DNA of 58,448 nucleotides. Origin: a virus (Duplodnaviria; Caudoviricetes). This document shows positions 38,554 through 43,842 of this stretch, piece after piece. The DNA is taken from positions 1-58,448 of the IMG/VR virus record IMGVR_UViG_3300020045_008024. One strand, 5' to 3'. The stretch's first letter is position 1. Every line of letters starts with the position of its first letter. Position numbers and translations under genes: made by a program. The notes beneath the pieces were generated by a model. That model was not told the origin of the DNA and made no database searches. It saw nothing but the letters and a program-made list of their open reading frames with translations.

Positions 38554-38880
38554 TTAGTCGCCTCCCCCTATCAGGAACCCGGCTTTATTTACTCCGGCAT
38601 GATGGGCTGTGCTGTACCTAGCGCGGCACTCCTCGAAACTCAACTCCTGCAGCGTGTCCGCATCGATATACCCCACCCACATTTTACCAGCTGCCGGACG
38701 ATACGTATGGGACATTAGGGAATAGTACACGCCCATCAGCTTGGCGCGCAGCTTGTGCTGCTCACGTGTCAGCGGCTCGGATGTGCTACGGTCCGACGGT
38801 TTTACCTCAGAGGTAACCTCTTTCTCGCTGCCGTCCCCCACTGCTGCCATAATATCACAGTCCTCGTTTGTTAGCTGCAT
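38554..38880 (-). CDS. RAxLMG/DAxTLEP family small protein
   Basis: LTREQHKLRAKLMGVYY...IDADTLQEL; start uncertain. Confidence 0.75.
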   Translation of the reverse strand: MQLTNEDCDIMAAVGDGSEKEVTSEVKPSDRSTSEPLTREQHKLRAKLMGVYYSLMSHTYRPAAGKMWVGYIDADTLQELSFEECRARYSTAHHAGVNKAGFLIGGGD

Positions 38881-38906
38881 AGCGCTGCATGTTGCAACCT
38901 ACGAGT

Positions 38907-38935
38907 AGTATAGTCGAAACTTCAGGGATAGTCAA
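38907..38935 (-). promoter_or_regulatory. Sigma70-type early promoter
   Basis: TTGACT-17 bp-TATACT. Confidence 0.8.
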
Positions 38936-38937
38936 TA

Positions 38938-39756
38938 GGGGTAACCCTAAAGTTTCAGGGTATGCATGCTTAGGTTGTGGCGCTGTTTCTACGGCAGAGA
39001 AAGTTTCAAGCCGCCGCTTAGTGTTTTGCCCGTTCGAGCGGAGTTTTCGGACTAAACGCAATCGAAATACGTGATTATAGGTATAATCGAAATATCGGGA
39101 TAGTTTTGGGTTGGGCTAGGGGGGTAACCCTAAATGTCTAGATAAAACTTACGCGGTAAAACTACGATTTTTACAACTTGCCAAAGTTTGGGTATAGGTC
39201 GATTTGATAATCGAGTTTTTAGTGTTTGATAATAGTGGTATTTCGATTAAATTCACTATCCTATGGTTTGATTTTCAGGCTGCCTTATTTTGTAAGTGCT
39301 TGTGAAGTGCAACGAAAGTTTGGGTTTAGCTTTTCGTTCTATTGTAATATTTGTTTTTTTCGACACACCCATCCCTGTAAGTTCGAGCTGGACGGCAGCG
39401 AAGCTCCGAGCTTTCGATGGTCCGGCGGCCGCTCTTGTATATTAGCAGTTCATTTTTTCAAGTATTAGATGGGTATATGGTAAATGTTATAATAAATATA
39501 TAAGAGAGGAATTAAAAACCAATTTCTGGTTGCCGTCCCTATTATCCGCGAAGTTTTGGGTTACCTATACCCCACTAACCCTAAAGTTTCAGGCTGGTTT
39601 TCGAGCTTGCCCAGCATTGGTCGTATGAGTGCGCGGCTTGAAACACAGGCAGGCGCCGGCCGTCCTGATATAACCCTAAAGTTTTGGGATACCCCGAAGG
39701 ACTAACCCAAAACTTTCTCACTAAACCTAAACGGTAAAACTACCAATTTTGCAACC
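38938..39756. other. AT-rich non-coding region with iteron-like repeats (candidate origin or genome end)
   Basis: TAACCCTAAAGTTTCAGG at 38942 and 39576, variants at 39125 and 39671; AAAGTTTGGGT at 39183 and 39315. Confidence 0.6.
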
Positions 39757-39775
39757 ATTACCTTGTGAGGTAGAC

Positions 39776-39810
39776 ATAATAAAACCGCCCAACCTTTCGG
39801 CGGGGCGGTT
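39776..39810 (-). terminator. Intrinsic terminator after the 246-aa gene
   Basis: AACCGCCC/GGGCGGTT stem, with TTTTATTAT on the minus strand. Confidence 0.7.
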
Positions 39811-39830
39811 CAATATGGCAACCGGATCTG

Positions 39831-40571
39831 CTAGGCCAGCATCAGGCCGAGCGCTGCAGCCTGCTTACGGACCGCCAGAGTGGCGCGCAGCTTGGCCATC
39901 TTGTCGAGACGTTCCTTGACGGCATTCATCGCGGCCTCGGTCAATTCGTCGGTGTCACGAAGGCCGTCCTTGTTGTCGCCGGTCACCAGACCTTCGAGTG
40001 TCTTGAGGATCCGCTGCAGTTCCTTTTCCAGTTCCTTGCCCTTCGGGCCGTCCTTGATCGCCAGCTGGCGCAGTTCGGCGGTGGTGAGGGCCTTGTCGGT
40101 CTTGAGTTGCTCGCGAGCCACGTCGATATAGAAGGCATAGGCCGACTTCACCTTTTCCTCGCCGGCAGCGGCTTCGTTGCGCGCTTCAAAGGCGTCCTGC
40201 ATAACCGACACAGCATCGATCGTGGTCATCGCGCCCATGGTGATAAGCTGGCGCAGCTTGCTGGCATTGGCAGCGATACCGCCGACGGAATGATCGTGCA
40301 AAGCTTTCTTGCCTTCCGCGTCGGCATACCGGGTGTAGATCGCCGTCGCAGCGTCGTTGCCGTTCTTGTCCTTTTCGCCCGGCTTAATCACACCGTCAGC
40401 CGCAGCCTTCACCACGGCATGGGCCAACTTCGGGAGGCTGTCCTTGCCGCCGGCGGCTTCCTCGCCCAGCTTGGAAACCATCTTGTTCAGTTCTGCAAGG
40501 CGCTTGTCGTTTTTGGTTTCGACGACAGGAGCGGCGGCAGTGGCGTTGTTGAGAATGTCAGTCATGGTCAT
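39831..40571 (-). CDS. Helical hypothetical protein (likely highly expressed)
   Basis: 246 aa, AAGGA RBS, own terminator, strongly biased codons. Confidence 0.8.
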   Translation of the reverse strand: MTMTDILNNATAAAPVVETKNDKRLAELNKMVSKLGEEAAGGKDSLPKLAHAVVKAAADGVIKPGEKDKNGNDAATAIYTRYADAEGKKALHDHSVGGIAANASKLRQLITMGAMTTIDAVSVMQDAFEARNEAAAGEEKVKSAYAFYIDVAREQLKTDKALTTAELRQLAIKDGPKGKELEKELQRILKTLEGLVTGDNKDGLRDTDELTEAAMNAVKERLDKMAKLRATLAVRKQAAALGLMLA

Positions 40572-40640
40572 ATCCTTTTTTGGGGTTCGCCAACACGGCT
40601 GGTTACTTTATGAGGTAAGTTAGTTCAGCATGCAAGTCTT

Positions 40641-40799
40641 TTATGCGTTGGCGATCCGCGAAAACATTTCGAGGTTGGACCGTCGCACCATTTCAAACGT
40701 CGCGGCAGGAGCCGGGCGGCTGACAGAGAACGAAAGGTTGAACCGGCCGATCTTGATAAACCAGATCCCGCCAACCTTGCGTCGTGAGAAGTTAAACAT
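40641..40799 (-). CDS. Small basic protein (52 aa, not in ORF track)
   Basis: MFNFSRRKVGGIWFIKIGRFNLSFSVS...; RBS from the palindrome at 40805. Confidence 0.6.
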   Translation of the reverse strand: MFNFSRRKVGGIWFIKIGRFNLSFSVSRPAPAATFEMVRRSNLEMFSRIANA

Positions 40800-41329
40800 G
40801 ATTGTTACCTTTCGTGGTAAGAGTTAACGAGCGCGGCCAGTAATTGGTCGCGCCTTTAACTGTTACGCTTCTGTGCCATCCTGTCACTATGGCCTGCGTT
40901 ATTTACAATAAACACCCATGACATTCGCGAGGACGTTTGAGGGTGCCAGATACTCAATCGACACATGGTTGTATGGTCAATTGGTTTCAGTCCAGCCGTT
41001 AAAGCCGCCCACCTTTACCCGTCACCGGGCTGTTACCGGCAAGAAGTCTTATGGTGGCGGGTGTTACTTCACCCGTTCACTAAGCTTGTCTATTATGGAG
41101 TGGCAAGCCGCACACCGTTCCCTAAAGGTCCCCCTATTCAGTGCTCGCCTTAGAGCTTCAAATAACCGTGGCCGCCGCCACTATTCCCTAGACCGCTTGC
41201 GATCCGTCCATTCCCTACACCATAGGTAAACGGGGAAATGGGGGTTACCCCCGGGGGTAAGTGTCCAAGGGGCAGGGGGGTGGGGGGGTCTGTTTAGGTG
41301 CACCATAAATATGTACGAGGAAAAAGCAC

Positions 41330-41358
41330 TTGACAACCCCACAGCAACCCGATAAAAC
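41330..41358 (+). promoter_or_regulatory. Sigma70-type rightward promoter 1
   Basis: AAAAAGCAC-TTGACA-17 bp-TAAAAC. Confidence 0.7.
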
Positions 41359-41506
41359 CATCGAACCACCTAGCCGCAAAGTGGGAAGGGCCTACAAAGC
41401 CCGATGTTTCCGGGGTGTAACGAGCCACCATAGTGCTGGAACGAGGTCAGCCTGTGGACAGTCCTCAAGAAAAAACTCTACAGCTAATTCAAACAGGAGC
41501 CGCCCA

Positions 41507-41653
41507 ATGACCATCTACGAAGCATTCTGGATGTTGTACTCTGCCGCGCTCGCGGTGTTCCTCTTTATAGTGATCTTCGGGGCTCTGCCGCGCTGGATGG
41601 TGTTCACTGCTGCCGTCCTCACTATCTCCTACATCACAACACACATGGCATAA
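41507..41653 (+). CDS. Small two-TM membrane protein
   Basis: 48 aa, AGGAG RBS, two hydrophobic helices. Confidence 0.65.
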   Translation: MTIYEAFWMLYSAALAVFLFIVIFGALPRWMVFTAAVLTISYITTHMA

Positions 41654-41676
41654 AAAAGCAGTTCTAGGGGCCAGCC

Positions 41677-41949
41677 ATGCAGACAATCCGCCAGATAATG
41701 ATCACCCCCGGGGAAGACCACGTTATGGTCCGGTCTTTTGACAGGGGAACCCCGCCAGCAGACATCCCCCTGTTTACCGTGGTGCTGGTGTCCGAGCGGG
41801 GGCTGGAAGATGTTAGAGAGGTCATCGGCAACCGGGTGGAGCCCCTGTACATCGTGACACTTTTTGAAGCAGGGGAAGAGGCGAACTATAGCGTGGAGTG
41901 GAACATCCGGTATTTTCTGGAAAATAAAAAACCCCAAAAAAGCACTTGA
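41677..41949 (+). CDS. Hypothetical protein
   Basis: 90 aa. Confidence 0.6.
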   Translation: MQTIRQIMITPGEDHVMVRSFDRGTPPADIPLFTVVLVSERGLEDVREVIGNRVEPLYIVTLFEAGEEANYSVEWNIRYFLENKKPQKST

Positions 41950-41974
41950 CAACCTTATGGTAACATGGTAGAAA
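41946..41974 (+). promoter_or_regulatory. Sigma70-type rightward promoter 2 with operator
   Basis: AAAAAGCAC-TTGACAACCttatGGTAACatggTAGAAA; shares an 18-bp upstream block with promoter 1. Confidence 0.7.
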
Positions 41975-42018
41975 CTAAGTACCCCGACCACACGCAACAC
42001 GGGGCAACAGGAGGCACC

Positions 42019-42681
42019 ATGACCGACACCACAAACACCCAGAATGTGAGCACCCAGAATGTGAGCACCCAGAATGTGAGCACCCAGAATGTGAGCACCA
42101 AGGAGTTCACTGACGCCCTTCGTTCTGCCGCTGCCATCAGCCTCAGTGAGATAGATGCTGTGCCGAAGTGGCGCGAAGACGACGCGGGCGTCCTCGACCT
42201 GTCCCACGTGCATGGCGTCGTTGCCGGGTTCCAATCGCTCCTGTTGTCGGCCGCGACCGAGATCGACGCGCTTACCGACACCATTGTCGGAATGCAGCCC
42301 AACCTCATGACAGGACCACACACCGTCAGCTATGAGCGCGGCGCGGGTCCGACCGACGACACCCTCGTCGTCTACAAGGTCATTCGGCAGTTTGCAGGCT
42401 TCGAGCAGAACACCCCGCCGCCCTCTGCCCAGATCCAAGACATCCTCGACGAGAAAGCGCAGGAGACGCTTAACTTGTTCTGCGACAGGCCGCTAGGCGT
42501 AGGCCCGAAGTTCAAGCTCGGGGACAAGGTCTACAAGTCCAAAGGGTCGCACTGGTCGGGCACCATCGTCGGCACCTTCTCCTCCATCCTGACGCCTGAA
42601 GGGTACTGCGTCGAAGGCAGCGACAACTATGGTGGCGAGCGGATGTACCCAGCCTCTGCGCTCGAACGCTCGGAGTTGTAA
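42019..42681 (+). CDS. Protein with C-terminal R67/DfrB-like SH3 domain
   Basis: FKLGDKVYKSKGSHWSGTIVGTFSSILTPEGYCVE...YPASALER aligns with R67 DHFR; AGGAGG RBS before ATG 42019. Confidence 0.8.
   Translation: MTDTTNTQNVSTQNVSTQNVSTQNVSTKEFTDALRSAAAISLSEIDAVPKWREDDAGVLDLSHVHGVVAGFQSLLLSAATEIDALTDTIVGMQPNLMTGPHTVSYERGAGPTDDTLVVYKVIRQFAGFEQNTPPPSAQIQDILDEKAQETLNLFCDRPLGVGPKFKLGDKVYKSKGSHWSGTIVGTFSSILTPEGYCVEGSDNYGGERMYPASALERSEL
42036..42099 (+). repeat. 15-bp tandem repeat x4 (CACCCAGAATGTGAG; TQNVS)
   Basis: Four perfect units, no spacers. Confidence 0.95.
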
Positions 42682-42682
42682 C

Positions 42683-42922
42683 ATGTCAGAGGGCGCAGTT
42701 CGACGCTTTCATCGCTGGTTCGCTGACACCATGGCCAACGCAGATGGTAATTTCGGCCATATGCCGGCGTGGCTCAAGAACCACCAGCGCATCGCGTATC
42801 TTGCCGGCTACGAGGCTGGCAAGAAAGCACGCGAGGACAACTCTGCTGCCGCAACACGAGTTCGTATGCGGCAGCAGGCCAAGAGGGCGGAAGTGGAGCG
42901 GTATGATGGGGACAGCACCTAA
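42683..42922 (+). CDS. Hypothetical protein
   Basis: MSEGAVRRFHRWF...AYLAGYEAG; GGAG RBS. Confidence 0.6.
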   Translation: MSEGAVRRFHRWFADTMANADGNFGHMPAWLKNHQRIAYLAGYEAGKKAREDNSAAATRVRMRQQAKRAEVERYDGDST

Positions 42923-43136
42923 ATACACGCTCACCGAGATGCAGGCCATGGCGCGGTTGTTGGGGGGTGCCCAGCCGGTGCCATGCGTAACTTGCTCGGG
43001 GACGGGGCGAAGCTCCATATTCTTCGGGTGGGTGGAGTGCAGTCACTGCGCTGGCTACGGGTACACATACATCGGGCCACGGCTGTGTGAAGCCCTCGGA
43101 ATAAGTTTTCATAAAATGCACGTGGAGAGAAAATGA
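42903..43136 (+). CDS. DnaJ-type zinc-finger small protein
   Basis: CVTCSGTG and CSHCAGYG. Confidence 0.65.
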   Translation: MMGTAPKYTLTEMQAMARLLGGAQPVPCVTCSGTGRSSIFFGWVECSHCAGYGYTYIGPRLCEALGISFHKMHVERK

Positions 43137-43417
43137 GCGATATTACTTTCGAAGGTAAGGTGCTGCCAATGGTGCGGCCGGTGCCAGCACCTGAAGACAT
43201 CCAGACCGAGTACTTTCAGTCTGTCGACCAAGCCCATGCGTCCATAATGGGTCAGTTGCAGGGGTGGAACGACAGGCGCGAGACGCAAGTCATCATTGCC
43301 TACAACGCCGAAGGGCAGGGCATCGCGTGGTTCGGTGTAAAGACTGAAGAGGACCGTAGGCATATCCTGCGCCAGCTCGCGGAGCTTACAGCAGAGGTCA
43401 GAACAAGGGAACTCTAA
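43133..43417 (+). CDS. Hypothetical protein
   Basis: 94 aa, ATGA overlap. Confidence 0.65.
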   Translation: MSDITFEGKVLPMVRPVPAPEDIQTEYFQSVDQAHASIMGQLQGWNDRRETQVIIAYNAEGQGIAWFGVKTEEDRRHILRQLAELTAEVRTREL

Positions 43418-43420
43418 CCT

Positions 43421-43463
43421 ATGGACTACGCGCACCGCGTCGTGTATGGTGCGCGTAGTCCAT
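43421..43463. other. Perfect 16-bp inverted repeat, no U-tract
   Basis: ATGGACTACGCGCACC-11 nt-GGTGCGCGTAGTCCAT. Confidence 0.85.
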
Positions 43464-43479
43464 CAAAGGGGTTCCCAAA

Positions 43480-43839
43480 ATGAGCACAGTATTTGTCACC
43501 TTCCACACTGCGGGGAACCGCTCTGTTGAGAAGGAGAGCATGCCAGTCATGCGCCTTACCGGAGCGATCACCGAAGTCGTTACAGCGTCCGGTGCCAGCG
43601 TCCGCACCGCCACCGTGTCTAATGGCGAGAGCGCCTATGCGTCTCGCGACGGCGGCTTTGTCACTATCCGCGCCGGCACCGCCAACCTGTGGGTCGTTAC
43701 CGGCAAATCCGCCGATAACCCTGTCGCAGCAAAGCCTGCAGCTGGCGCGGCCGGACCCGGGTTCCCCGTCATGGCCAACGAAGCCGTATCGGTCGGCGTC
43801 GACGATGGCCACAAGATCGCAATGATTGAGTGGAGCTAA
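43480..43839 (+). CDS. Putative head-spike base/decoration protein
   Basis: 119 aa, beta-rich, directly upstream of the head-spike fibre. Confidence 0.55.
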   Translation: MSTVFVTFHTAGNRSVEKESMPVMRLTGAITEVVTASGASVRTATVSNGESAYASRDGGFVTIRAGTANLWVVTGKSADNPVAAKPAAGAAGPGFPVMANEAVSVGVDDGHKIAMIEWS

Positions 43840-43842
43840 TCG

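Larger units (their letters stand above)
2995..39635. repeat. Strand-polarised 10-mer CGCGCACTCA (10 exact copies plus one 9-mer)
   Basis: Plus strand at 2995 and 10064; minus strand (TGAGTGCGCG) at 21705, 28793, 33387, 34676, 35714, 36479, 38059, 39626; 9-mer at 31870. Confidence 0.85.

Noticed and set aside
20409-38880. Diversity-generating retroelement behind the paralogue family
   Set aside because: No reverse transcriptase is encoded, and the variable regions differ in length and at all bases rather than only at adenines.
39226-39468. 80-aa ORF in the AT-rich region
   Set aside because: TTG start, no RBS, atypical composition and overlap with the repeats; probably non-coding.
38942-39690. 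Plant-type telomere repeat (CCCTAAA)
   Set aside because: Copies are isolated parts of a longer 18-bp unit, not tandem; no protelomerase was recognised.
42036-42099. CRISPR or mini-array
   Set aside because: Units are contiguous with no spacers and are in frame within a gene.
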